Virus record (IMG/VR): IMGVR_UViG_3300025070_000114
Location: 1-34,853 of that record
Strand: one strand, 5' to 3'
From: a virus
Taxonomy: Duplodnaviria; Caudoviricetes
DNA: 34,853 bases
Shown here: positions 23,314 to 32,984 of the stretch, piece after piece
How the letters are laid out: each line of letters opens with the position of its first letter
How positions within the stretch are numbered: the first letter of the stretch is position 1
Position numbers and translations under genes: made by a program
The notes under the pieces: generated by a model
Told to the model about the DNA's origin: nothing
Databases searched by the model: none
The model's input: the letters and a program-made list of their open reading frames with translations, nothing else

Positions 23314-25245
23314 ATGCTAGATAGCAACGAAGATCAATTCGGCATAGAAGAGACGCTAGAGTCTTGGATAATGGAGAAGTGCCGCGAGTGGCGCGACCAT
23401 TACGAGTCGAACTATGAACAGAAGTTCGATGAATACTACCGTCTATGGCGAGGAATCTTCTCTGCTGAAGACCGCAACAGAGACTCTGAGCGGTCGCAGA
23501 TCATATCCCCTGCCCTCCAACAAGCCGTAGAATCTTCTGTCGCAGAGATTGAGGAAGCTACCTTTGGTCGTGGTAAGTTCTTTGATATTAAGGATGACGA
23601 TCAAGAGACAGCAGATGTCGCCTACCTTCGCGACCAACTGACTAAAGATTTTAAGAAGAACAAAATCCGCAAGGCTGTTGGAGAGTGTCTAATTAACTCC
23701 GCTGTCTACGGTACAGGTATTGCCGAGCTAGTCCTTGAGGAAGTAAAGGACATGCGTCCTGCCTCTCGTCCTACAATGGACGGGCAGTTGCAAGAAGTCG
23801 GCGTAGAAATGTTCGACAGGACTGTGTGTAAGCTAAGAAGCATCCAACCACAGAACTTCCTGATCGACCCTGTAGCTACAAGTGTAGATGAATCCATCGG
23901 TGTAGCCATTGATGAGTTTGTCTCTGTACACCAAGTAGAACTCCTACAAGAGAAAGGGGTGTACAAAGATGTGCCGTTTAACTTCGCTTACCCTGACATC
24001 GACTTAGATGCAGACCACGAACTTACCACGCAGCCTACCGAGAAGGTTCGTCTCACCAAGTATTATGGTCTAGTCCCCCGCCATCTACTTGAGAATGATG
24101 ATCTTTACGAAGAGGTTGAAGAGCTAGTACCAAGTGACGAAGATAAGACCTTTTACGTTGAGGCAATCGTGGTAATAGCGAACGGTGGTACTCTCCTGAA
24201 AGCGGAGAAGAACCCGTACATGATGAACGACCGTCCCGTCATTGCATTCCCGTGGGACGTTGTGCCTAATCGTTTTTGGGGAAGAGGTGTTTGTGAGAAA
24301 GGTTATAACTCACAGAAAGCCTTGGACGCAGAACTCCGCGCAAGAATTGACGCACTAGCTTTAACAGTCCATCCGATGATGGCTATGGACGCTACCCGTC
24401 TGCCTCGTGGAGCAAGACCTGAAGTCAAAGCAGGCAAGATCATTCTTACTAATGGCAACCCTGCTGAGGTTCTACAGCCGTTTAACTTCGGTCAGGTTAA
24501 TCAAATCACCTTCGCGCAAGCAGGTGAGTTGCAGAAGATGGTACAGACTGCCACAGGCGCTATAGACTCTGCGGGTATTCCCGGCTCTATCAATGGTGAG
24601 TCTACGGCGGCAGGAATTTCAATGTCTCTCGGGGCTATCATCAAACGCCACAAGCGTACACTGATTAACTTCCAAGAATCATTCTTGATTCCGTTTGTCT
24701 CTAAAGCTGCTTATAGGTATATGCAGTTTGAGCCTGAGATTTATCCTGTTGCGGATTATCAGTTTGAAGTGTCTTCTTCTCTAGGGATTATTGCCCGAGA
24801 GTATGAAGTTACTCAGTTGGTACAACTGCTACAGACTATGGGTCAAGACTCACCTCTGTATCCTACATTGATTCAGTCCATCATAGACAACATGAATCTC
24901 TCGAACAGAGAAGAGTTAATCCAAGCTCTTGCTCAGGCGGGACAACCCTCACCTGAACAGCAACAAGCTCAACAGGCTGCACAGCAAGCACAGGCGGCCT
25001 TCCAACAATCACAGACCAACGCACTCAACGGTCAGGCTGCGGAGTCTCAAGCGCGAGCAGGTAAGATTGCGGCAGAGACTAAAGCTATTCCTGTTGAGTT
25101 GGAAACAGATCAGATCAAAGCCATCACCTCTAACCTCAAGGTGGGTGACGCAGATGACCGTGAGTTTGAAAGAAGACTCAAGGTCGCAGACACAGCTCTT
25201 AAAGAGAAGAGGCTAAATCTTGACGCAGCAAAGGCTATATCCTAA
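23314..25245 (+). CDS. Portal protein (P22/podovirus type)
   Basis: 643 aa after TerL; YGTGI, NFLIDP, FWGRG motifs; Gln-rich C-terminal helical barrel. Confidence 0.9.
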   Translation: MLDSNEDQFGIEETLESWIMEKCREWRDHYESNYEQKFDEYYRLWRGIFSAEDRNRDSERSQIISPALQQAVESSVAEIEEATFGRGKFFDIKDDDQETADVAYLRDQLTKDFKKNKIRKAVGECLINSAVYGTGIAELVLEEVKDMRPASRPTMDGQLQEVGVEMFDRTVCKLRSIQPQNFLIDPVATSVDESIGVAIDEFVSVHQVELLQEKGVYKDVPFNFAYPDIDLDADHELTTQPTEKVRLTKYYGLVPRHLLENDDLYEEVEELVPSDEDKTFYVEAIVVIANGGTLLKAEKNPYMMNDRPVIAFPWDVVPNRFWGRGVCEKGYNSQKALDAELRARIDALALTVHPMMAMDATRLPRGARPEVKAGKIILTNGNPAEVLQPFNFGQVNQITFAQAGELQKMVQTATGAIDSAGIPGSINGESTAAGISMSLGAIIKRHKRTLINFQESFLIPFVSKAAYRYMQFEPEIYPVADYQFEVSSSLGIIAREYEVTQLVQLLQTMGQDSPLYPTLIQSIIDNMNLSNREELIQALAQAGQPSPEQQQAQQAAQQAQAAFQQSQTNALNGQAAESQARAGKIAAETKAIPVELETDQIKAITSNLKVGDADDREFERRLKVADTALKEKRLNLDAAKAIS

Positions 25246-25379
25246 TGGTTTCGCAAAGAGAGTTGCAGGAGGTCGTTACACAGATCAACGGCATCCTAGA
25301 ACGCCTAGACAAAAGAATCACGGCGTTAGAAAAGAAGCAAGAGACTCCAAAGAAACAAGGGCGACCTAAGAATGGATAA
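25245..25379 (+). CDS. 44 aa coiled-coil protein not in the ORF track
   Basis: MVSQRELQEVVTQINGILERLDKRITALEKKQETPKKQGRPKNG; TAATG coupling to the portal gene. Confidence 0.65.
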   Translation: MVSQRELQEVVTQINGILERLDKRITALEKKQETPKKQGRPKNG

Positions 25380-25611
25380 AGCAACAGAAAAGTATTATGA
25401 CGACCTTCAGGGAATGTTTATGACTGACGGTTGGAAAGAATTGATGAAAGAGCTAAGTGCCAATGCTCTTCAGATAAATTCAGTTGAGGCAACAAAAGAC
25501 AACGAGGATTTGTACTTCCGTAAAGGACAGTTAAACATTCTCTCTTTTATCCTTAACTTAGAATCTACGGTTGACCATTTACAGAAAGAGGATAGCAATG
25601 AAGGTGTTTGA
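25372..25611 (+). CDS. Hypothetical head-module protein
   Basis: 79 aa, T.GWK and LYFRKGQL motifs, between portal and scaffold. Confidence 0.75.
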   Translation: MDKATEKYYDDLQGMFMTDGWKELMKELSANALQINSVEATKDNEDLYFRKGQLNILSFILNLESTVDHLQKEDSNEGV

Positions 25612-25825
25612 TTTTCAGTGTGAAGAAGGCCACATACATGAGGCTTTTGTGAAGACTGACGAAGACCGTCCTTGTCCCGACTGTGGTGGAAACAGTAGTA
25701 AGGTTATCTCTGCACCTCGTGTAGTCCTTGACCCAATATCCGGTGCGTTTCCGGGCGCTACGATGAAGTGGGCAAAAGACAGGCAGCAGAAGATAAAAAA
25801 AGAACGCAAGGTAGCCGAGCAATAG
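25598..25825 (+). CDS. FmdB-like zinc-ribbon protein
   Basis: FDFQCEEGH...CPDCG...ISAP; GAGG RBS before ATG 25598. Confidence 0.8.
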   Translation: MKVFDFQCEEGHIHEAFVKTDEDRPCPDCGGNSSKVISAPRVVLDPISGAFPGATMKWAKDRQQKIKKERKVAEQ

Positions 25826-25875
25826 TCCCACTTCGGGGTAGCTAGAATCGGTCTTGTTAGTTATGGAGTTAAATA

Positions 25876-26640
25876 GTGGCACAATTAATTGATGAAGTTA
25901 CGCAAGAGGTAGATGAAACACAGAACGAAGAAGCGGTCTTAGAGGAAACTCCCGAGGTAGCCGCAGAAGACGACTTACCCGAGCAGTACCGTAATAAAAC
26001 GGCTGCTGAGTTGGTTAAGATGCACCAAGAGGCAGAGTCTCGCATCGGTCAACAGGGTGAAGAAGTCGGCAAGTTAAGAAGCGTTGTTGATGATTTCATT
26101 CTTAAGCAGACAAAATCAACTGAACCGGAAGAGGCTGAGGAGATAGACTACTTCGCTGACCCCGACAAAGCTGTAGAACACAAGATTGCAAACCATCCAA
26201 CCATTAAACAGTTGGAGCAGTTAGGTGTTCAGATGCAACAAAGTCAGACTCTCTCTGCGTTACAGCAGAAGCACCCTGACTTAAAAGAGATTGCTTCGAG
26301 TCCTGAATTCCAAAAGTGGGTGACAGGAAGCAAAGTAAGAACTCAGCTATACGAGCAAGCGAACAACCAATACAACTATGACGCAGCGGATGAATTGTTT
26401 TCCACATGGAAAGAGATTCGTAATGTCGCAACTCAGACTGTAGAAGTTGAGCGCAAAGAGCGTAAGCAAGCATTGAACGCAGCATCAACGGGCGGAGCAT
26501 CAGGCAGTACCGAAGCTCCAAGCAAGAAGATATATCGCCGAAGCGACATTATTGACTTAATGCGGAACGACCCGAAGCGTTATCAATCATTATCCGGTGA
26601 GATAATGAAGGCGTATCAGGAAGGCCGCGTACGTAACTAA
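25876..26640 (+). CDS. Capsid scaffolding protein
   Basis: Acidic and helical, directly upstream of the capsid gene; C-terminal AYQEGRV. Confidence 0.8.
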   Translation: MAQLIDEVTQEVDETQNEEAVLEETPEVAAEDDLPEQYRNKTAAELVKMHQEAESRIGQQGEEVGKLRSVVDDFILKQTKSTEPEEAEEIDYFADPDKAVEHKIANHPTIKQLEQLGVQMQQSQTLSALQQKHPDLKEIASSPEFQKWVTGSKVRTQLYEQANNQYNYDAADELFSTWKEIRNVATQTVEVERKERKQALNAASTGGASGSTEAPSKKIYRRSDIIDLMRNDPKRYQSLSGEIMKAYQEGRVRN

Positions 26641-26653
26641 TAGGTATTAGATC

Positions 26654-27607
26654 ATGGCTACATCAACTTTTCCCGCTACTGGCGGTTTTGTAGATAACAC
26701 TTCAGCGGCTACTTTTGTACCCGAAATTTGGAGTGACGAGATTCGCGCCGCGTATGAGAAGAACCTCATCCTCGCGAACCTAGTAAAGAAAATGACAATG
26801 AGCGGCAAGAAAGGTGACACGATTCACGTTCCTGCTCCTATCCGTGGCGCTGCTTACGCTAAAGCAGAAAACACTGCGGTAACTGTACAGAACGACACTG
26901 AGTCAGAAGTACAGATCGTCATTGACAAGCACTACGAGTATTCACGCATCATCGAAGATATTACTGAAGTGCAGGCTCTTGCTTCACTCCGTAACTTCTA
27001 CACAGGTGACGCGGGTTACGCGCTTGCTCGTCAGATTGACAACGATCTGTTCGCGCTTGGTAAGTCACTTGGTGACGGTGATGGCTCTTCTTGGGTTAAC
27101 TCTGCTGTCTACTACAATGACGCATCTACAGGTCTGACTGCTTACGCTGCTGACACTGTTGCTGCTGCTGACGTATTCACTGACGCTGCATTCCGTGCGT
27201 TGATTCAGAAGCAGGATGACGCGGACGTTCCTATGGACAACCGTTGTTTCGTTATTCCTCCTTCACTGCGTAATGCCATCATGGGCATTGACCGTTATGT
27301 ATCTTCTGACTTCGTAAGCGGTCAGCCTGTTGCTAACGGTAAGATCGGTAGCCTGTACGGCATTGACGTATTCGTTACTTCTAACTGCCCTGTCATCGAG
27401 GCTGCTGCTGATAACGCAGCGGGTGGCGATGTTAAGGCGGCAATGCTTATCCATCAGGACACTATGATCCTCGCGGAGCAAGTAGGTGTTCGTTCGCAGA
27501 CTCAGTACAAGCAAGAGTTCCTCGGTACTCTGTACACTGCTGACACTCTGTACGGTGTTAAGGCTTACCGCCCTGACAGCGGTTTCGCTCTTGCTGTAAA
27601 CGGCTAA
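26654..27607 (+). CDS. Major capsid protein
   Basis: FVPEIWS, KGDTIHVP, ADTLYGVK..RP; followed by a terminator. Confidence 0.92.
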   Translation: MATSTFPATGGFVDNTSAATFVPEIWSDEIRAAYEKNLILANLVKKMTMSGKKGDTIHVPAPIRGAAYAKAENTAVTVQNDTESEVQIVIDKHYEYSRIIEDITEVQALASLRNFYTGDAGYALARQIDNDLFALGKSLGDGDGSSWVNSAVYYNDASTGLTAYAADTVAAADVFTDAAFRALIQKQDDADVPMDNRCFVIPPSLRNAIMGIDRYVSSDFVSGQPVANGKIGSLYGIDVFVTSNCPVIEAAADNAAGGDVKAAMLIHQDTMILAEQVGVRSQTQYKQEFLGTLYTADTLYGVKAYRPDSGFALAVNG

Positions 27608-27616
27608 GACGGAGAT

Positions 27617-27645
27617 GGGGGTAGGGAAACCTGCCCCCTTATCTT
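27617..27645 (+). terminator. Intrinsic terminator after the capsid gene
   Basis: GGGGGUAGG-GAAA-CCUGCCCCC-UUAUCUU. Confidence 0.8.
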
Positions 27646-27924
27646 ATGAAAGACCCAAGAATACAGAAGCTAGGCGTTAGCGGGTTTAATAAGCCCAAAC
27701 GCACACCCAACCATCCGACCAAGAGCCATGTTGTATTGGCTAAGGTAGGGGATGAAGTTAAGACCATACGGTTTGGTCAACAGGGCGTAAAAGGAGCGGG
27801 TAAGAATCCAACCACCGCCAAAGACAAAGCCCGGAAGAAGTCATACTACGCGCGACATAACGCGCAGGACTCTAACCCTTCTAAACTGTCAGCGAGATAT
27901 TGGTCGCACAAAACGAAGTGGTAA
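27646..27924 (+). CDS. Basic conserved phage protein
   Basis: KSHVVLAK...IRFGQQG...SYYARH...ARYWS. Confidence 0.75.
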   Translation: MKDPRIQKLGVSGFNKPKRTPNHPTKSHVVLAKVGDEVKTIRFGQQGVKGAGKNPTTAKDKARKKSYYARHNAQDSNPSKLSARYWSHKTKW

Positions 27925-27940
27925 TTAACAGGAATTTAAA

Positions 27941-29662
27941 ATGGCAACGATAGTAACCAAGAACAGCTCTACCGCCTCTGCAGTCCCTCTTACAAGCGAC
28001 TTGGTTCAGGGCGAACTCGCTGTCAACGTCACAGACAAACGCATCTTCACAGAGAATGCGTCTACACAGATTGTAGAGTTGGGTACTAACCCCTCAGCTA
28101 TCACTACAGCCACAGCTACCGTTACCGGAACTCTAACCGCTAACGGTACTTTTGCATCTAGCAATGCAGTTATTACAGGCGGCTCAATTAACGGTGTCGT
28201 CATTGGCGGCTCTACACCCTTAGCCATTACAGGCACAACAGTCACAGCTAACACAGGCTTTGTTGGTGGGCTGACGGGTAACGTCACAGGTAACGTAACA
28301 GGAAACGTCACAGGCAACGTCACAGGCGACCTGACAGGCGATGTTACAGGTAATCTCACAGCTTCCACGGGTACGACTACAGTCAACAACCTTGTGGTTA
28401 ATGGCACTGTAGACTTTACAGACACCAAGCTGACTAACATCTCTACGCCTACCGCAGACTCTGACGCGGCTAATAAGGCTTATGTAGACACCTCAGTTTC
28501 CAATGTTATTGCTGCTGCTCCTGCCGCGCTAGACACTCTGAATGAGTTAGCTGCTGCGCTAGGTGATGATGCTAACTTCTCTACCACCATGACTAACTCC
28601 CTCGCGGGTAAGTTAAACCTGTCAGGTGGTACGATGACGGGCGCAATAGCAATGGGTACGGCTAAGATTACAGGTCTTGGCGATCCTACTTCTGCACAGG
28701 ACGCAGCAACTAAGACCTATGTAGACACAGCAGATGCTCTTAAACTAGCTTTAGCAGGCGGCACGATGTCTGGTGCTATCGCCATGGGGACTAACAAGAT
28801 CACCGGAGCAGGCGACCCTACAGCGGCTCAAGATGTAGCGACTAAAGCCTACACAGACTCTATCTTAGGCTCGGCTACAAGTGCAGCTGCATCGGCTACC
28901 GCTGCGGCTTCTAGTGCTAGTGCTGCTGCCACCTCAGAGTCTAACGCTTCCGGTTCTGCGACAACCGCTGCTAGTGAAGCTACTGCTGCTGCGGGTTCAG
29001 CTACTTCAGCCGCAACAAGCTACGATAACTTTGATGACCGCTATCTTGGGCAGAAATCTTCTGATCCTACGCTAGACAATGATGGTGATGCGCTTTTAAC
29101 AGGAGCTTTGTATTTCAACACAACCTCTGATGCAATGAAAGTTTACTCCGGTTCTGCGTGGGTAGACGTAGCTCCTGTTGCAACTTCAGTTACCGCTTCT
29201 CAGATTAGCGACTATACAGGCACAGCGGCAGAGCTAAATTATAATGACGTAACAACGCTTGGACTAACAGAAGCCTCTAAAACAGTCACAGCAGACGCTA
29301 ATGGTGTAGTGACTTTTGATAACGGTATTTCTGAAGAGTACAATGCAGTAACGTCTACCTCTAATGCTACTACCTGTAATATGCAGGACGGTACTAACTT
29401 TAGTCATGTGCTGACAGAGAACACTACGTTTACTTTTAGCAACCCTGCGGCAAGTGGCAAAGTGTCTGCGTTTACTCTAAAGATTGTCCAAGATGCTAGT
29501 GCGTCAGGGTTTACCGTAACATGGCCTGCCGCTGTTGATTGGGCTGCTGCTACAGCTCCTACCTTAACTGCAACAGCTTCTGCGGTAGATTACTTTGTAT
29601 TTATCACGCATGACGGTGGCACAACTTGGTATGGGTTTACTGCCGGACAGGCGATGGGGTAA
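27941..29662 (+). CDS. Tail fibre protein
   Basis: GELAVN..DKRIF N-terminus, GNVT repeats, APAALDTLNELAAALGDDANF, repeated DPTxAQDxATK, Ala/Ser stalk. Confidence 0.88.
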   Translation: MATIVTKNSSTASAVPLTSDLVQGELAVNVTDKRIFTENASTQIVELGTNPSAITTATATVTGTLTANGTFASSNAVITGGSINGVVIGGSTPLAITGTTVTANTGFVGGLTGNVTGNVTGNVTGNVTGDLTGDVTGNLTASTGTTTVNNLVVNGTVDFTDTKLTNISTPTADSDAANKAYVDTSVSNVIAAAPAALDTLNELAAALGDDANFSTTMTNSLAGKLNLSGGTMTGAIAMGTAKITGLGDPTSAQDAATKTYVDTADALKLALAGGTMSGAIAMGTNKITGAGDPTAAQDVATKAYTDSILGSATSAAASATAAASSASAAATSESNASGSATTAASEATAAAGSATSAATSYDNFDDRYLGQKSSDPTLDNDGDALLTGALYFNTTSDAMKVYSGSAWVDVAPVATSVTASQISDYTGTAAELNYNDVTTLGLTEASKTVTADANGVVTFDNGISEEYNAVTSTSNATTCNMQDGTNFSHVLTENTTFTFSNPAASGKVSAFTLKIVQDASASGFTVTWPAAVDWAAATAPTLTATASAVDYFVFITHDGGTTWYGFTAGQAMG

Positions 29663-29665
29663 TTA

Positions 29666-31816
29666 ATGAGTTCAGCAACTAAATTAATGCAAGCTCAAGG
29701 AAGCGCAGCCGGAACTAATCTTGAGTGGTACGCACTACGTCCTGACAGCGGAGCAACGTATGACGAGGTAGCTATCAGCATGGGATCTGCCGTGTTTGAT
29801 GAAGCAAACAACTTATACTTTAGCTATTTGGGCTACGCCTATCAACGAGATTATGGTGTTGCTGAAGGTATCAGTGATTGCATCATGTCGATTGACACTT
29901 CTGATTTTAGCGTAAATTGGAACAAACAATATAGTGCGAGTTTTTTTAACGATAATACTCTTGTGTGGTCTGAAAACTACAACAAGCTTTACGTTCTTGG
30001 CGGAAGACTTTCAAGCGTTCCGAATACTACTGTGTCTTCTTTTTCTATTATTGAGCCTTCTAGCGGAGCAGAATATGATTCTGACAATTTTAGGGATAGC
30101 ACGGCTACTTATGCGGTAGCATTATATGCCGGTGCTGTAAGGCCATCTGACGGACACTGTATGGCTGTGGGAAGGTTGAGAAATCAGTCAGCTACAAGTG
30201 ACCATAAAGGCATTCACATGGAGGTCTACGGAAGCACTTCTATTACTAAGTCAACGTCTTATACTTTTGAAAACAGCGGTGACGATATTGCTTTAGGAAG
30301 TATTGAGTGGTCTGAGAACGATCAAGACTTTTACGCCTACGGAATTGCCGACGGTGGTAGATTTTCAGTATCAAGGATAAATTCTACCGGCAGCCCATCG
30401 GGAAGCGCATATATCTACACTGTTAGCACAGTCGGAGGTGGTGATGTTGGAGGTGCTTATGTATTAGCAATAGACGATTCGGGTAATAGATTTGTTCTTC
30501 ACATATCTGACGACACAGACGCAACTTACTCGGTATTAACTTGCTTTGATAGTGCGGAATTAAACGACACATCTCCTGCGTGGAGCGTCCGCTTAGATTA
30601 CACAATAGGTTTAAGAGCTACCGGATGCTTAGGAGCAGATGGCAATTTATACATCGCAACCAATAACGGCACTCTTATTCAAGTGGATACAAGTGACGGA
30701 TCGTTATTAAACGCTATGTACATTCCAAGCCCTATAATTTGGGACGGATATGAGGACAATGCTTTACAGCCATACAATCCAAGCAGTTTGGAGTATGGAA
30801 CGATTACTTCTATAAACTCTAATGACTCAAAAATATACATAACATTTAGCGGTAGTTTTGTTGCAAGCTCTATGCACGGCAATATATTAGTCATACCGGA
30901 GGAGGACTTTGGTGCGGAGTTCTTGCTTGAAGGTGGATCAGGATTGCTAACCTACGAAGGAGCAACGCACACTACGGTTACTCCTACCTATTCTTATACT
31001 ACAATTTCTAATACTAGCGAAACCATAAACGCTGCTCATGTAACTAATAATGCTACCGACATTTCTGTGACAAATTCTTTATCTACAGTAAATGAAGGCA
31101 ATTCGCCAATAATTATTCCTTTAAGCAGAGATCACGAATCAGGAGGAACTTCTACTAACACGGTAAATTTACCGGATAGCATTGAGGCAAATTATTTATC
31201 TGTAGAGATAAAAGAAAATGATGTTGTTGTTTATATTAGTGCCTGCGCTAACGATAATGGCGACTCAACTTCAAGCAATCTAGTCACCACAACTTCGGGT
31301 TACACAACCATAACAAGTTTAGATCAGGCTGTTACCAACGGTTCATGTATGGTTGTTGGGTGGAAGCGTATGGGATCTACTCCTGACACGAGTATTAGAT
31401 TGCCGGAAAGTCAGGTATCTACTAATGGTCAGGCGTATCTAATGTTTTTGATTAGAGGTCTTTCGAGCGACGCAGATGTTGTAGATTCTTTTACTACAGA
31501 GGAAGGCAGCTCTATCACTTCAGCAGGCTTTCCGGCTATTACTCCCACGGGAAATAGTTTTGTTGTTACTGTAGGAACTATGGGTTATGCAGGTACTAGA
31601 TACGTTACAAGCCCAACAGATATAGACGCAGGCGATTACGACAGCTTGGTTAATTTTTCAGGCAACGTAAAAGGCTCTGACACTCACGACTGTAGCACTT
31701 TTTACGCAACCACTAACGTAGCGGCAGGACAGACTTTTACTCCTAGCGATTGGAGTTTAGACACCGGAAGCACTTCCGCATCCTACGTTGCAGCAACGAT
31801 AGCATTTAAGAAATAG
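29666..31816 (+). CDS. Second fibre / receptor-binding protein
   Basis: 716 aa S/T/Y-rich beta protein between the fibre and the fibre chaperone. Confidence 0.65.
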   Translation: MSSATKLMQAQGSAAGTNLEWYALRPDSGATYDEVAISMGSAVFDEANNLYFSYLGYAYQRDYGVAEGISDCIMSIDTSDFSVNWNKQYSASFFNDNTLVWSENYNKLYVLGGRLSSVPNTTVSSFSIIEPSSGAEYDSDNFRDSTATYAVALYAGAVRPSDGHCMAVGRLRNQSATSDHKGIHMEVYGSTSITKSTSYTFENSGDDIALGSIEWSENDQDFYAYGIADGGRFSVSRINSTGSPSGSAYIYTVSTVGGGDVGGAYVLAIDDSGNRFVLHISDDTDATYSVLTCFDSAELNDTSPAWSVRLDYTIGLRATGCLGADGNLYIATNNGTLIQVDTSDGSLLNAMYIPSPIIWDGYEDNALQPYNPSSLEYGTITSINSNDSKIYITFSGSFVASSMHGNILVIPEEDFGAEFLLEGGSGLLTYEGATHTTVTPTYSYTTISNTSETINAAHVTNNATDISVTNSLSTVNEGNSPIIIPLSRDHESGGTSTNTVNLPDSIEANYLSVEIKENDVVVYISACANDNGDSTSSNLVTTTSGYTTITSLDQAVTNGSCMVVGWKRMGSTPDTSIRLPESQVSTNGQAYLMFLIRGLSSDADVVDSFTTEEGSSITSAGFPAITPTGNSFVVTVGTMGYAGTRYVTSPTDIDAGDYDSLVNFSGNVKGSDTHDCSTFYATTNVAAGQTFTPSDWSLDTGSTSASYVAATIAFKK

Positions 31817-31824
31817 AGGTTTTT

Positions 31825-32307
31825 ATGTATAGAGTAAGAAGCACAGGCGAAATTAAAAACGCAAGCGAAATTAGGGCTATGAACCCTAACGTCTCTATGC
31901 CGCAGAAGTTTACGACAGTTACTTGTGACGCTCTCGGAATTGATCTAGTTAAGCCCTCAACACGACCTGAGCCTACAGGCACTTACAAGAAAGTCATTAA
32001 GAATGGCTATGAGCAGGTAAATGGTTCGTGGCAGGTTGCGTGGTTAGAGGTAGATATGTTTACCGCAAACGACTCACAGACCAAAGCCGAACAAGAGGCT
32101 GCTTACCAATCTGAGCTTGATGCGGAGAAAGCTGCTGATGTGCGGAATCAGCGCAATGGCTTGCTCACGTCGTCCGATTGGACACAGGTAGACGACTCTC
32201 AAGTAGACAAGGCGGCATGGGCTACTTACAGGCAGGCTCTTAGAGACATAACATTGCACGCTAACTTTCCTAATCTTGCAGAAGATGATTGGCCTACTGA
32301 GCCTTAA
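31825..32307 (+). CDS. Tail fibre assembly chaperone
   Basis: RNQRNGLL..SDWTQ..D....WATYRQALRDI...WP. Confidence 0.85.
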   Translation: MYRVRSTGEIKNASEIRAMNPNVSMPQKFTTVTCDALGIDLVKPSTRPEPTGTYKKVIKNGYEQVNGSWQVAWLEVDMFTANDSQTKAEQEAAYQSELDAEKAADVRNQRNGLLTSSDWTQVDDSQVDKAAWATYRQALRDITLHANFPNLAEDDWPTEP

Positions 32308-32520
32308 ATGACACACCTGTTCTTGTTAATGGTATTAGTTAATGGGCAGGTGCAGTCATCTGACATGTACTTCTATGACATCAACAGGTGTAACTACTTT
32401 GCCAATGCAATCGTCAAGGGCAAGGTAGAGAGGACGATTAAGGCAGAACCAAGACAGATAACCCTCGCGGCGTATTGTTTGCCAAGAGTCGCAGACCCTG
32501 TAAGCGTGAGGGCTTATTGA
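32308..32520 (+). CDS. Hypothetical protein
   Basis: 70 aa, hydrophobic N-terminus, two Cys. Confidence 0.65.
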   Translation: MTHLFLLMVLVNGQVQSSDMYFYDINRCNYFANAIVKGKVERTIKAEPRQITLAAYCLPRVADPVSVRAY

Positions 32521-32984
32521 TGATAGAGATTATTGCAGCAGTAAACGCAGCGGGTAAGGCGTTTAACTACATCAACCAAGCTGTCAACAAAGGACACGAG
32601 GTACAAGACTTAGCTCATAAGTTTGGCGCGTTCTTTGATAGCAAGGACAAGATACTCGAAGCAGAGGCTGAGATAAACAACGCCTCTACGGTATCTAAGA
32701 TATTCGCGAAAGGGTCTGTAGAGTCCACAGCTCTACAAATTACAATGGCGAAGCATAAGACTCAGGAGATGGAAAAGAAGCTCCGTGAGTTAATAGTCTT
32801 AACGGTAGGTCAGGACTTCTACATTGAGATGATGCGCCAACGTCAAGTCATCCGAAAGCAAAGACTAGATGCAGCTAAAGCAAGGGCAGCTAGGAAGCGG
32901 ATGATTATTGACACTATAGGGTTTGTATTCATTGGCGGGATTTTACTTGTGTGTATCTTTGCCATAGTAGGAGCAGTAGTTTGA
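32520..32984 (+). CDS. Membrane protein with C-terminal TM helix
   Basis: TGATG coupling at 32518-32522; helical body; IGFVFIGGILLVCIFAIVGAVV. Confidence 0.7.
   Translation: MIEIIAAVNAAGKAFNYINQAVNKGHEVQDLAHKFGAFFDSKDKILEAEAEINNASTVSKIFAKGSVESTALQITMAKHKTQEMEKKLRELIVLTVGQDFYIEMMRQRQVIRKQRLDAAKARAARKRMIIDTIGFVFIGGILLVCIFAIVGAVV

Noticed and set aside
27941-32307. Diversity-generating retroelement or invertible tail-fibre switch
   Set aside because: No reverse transcriptase, invertase or template/variable repeat pair seen
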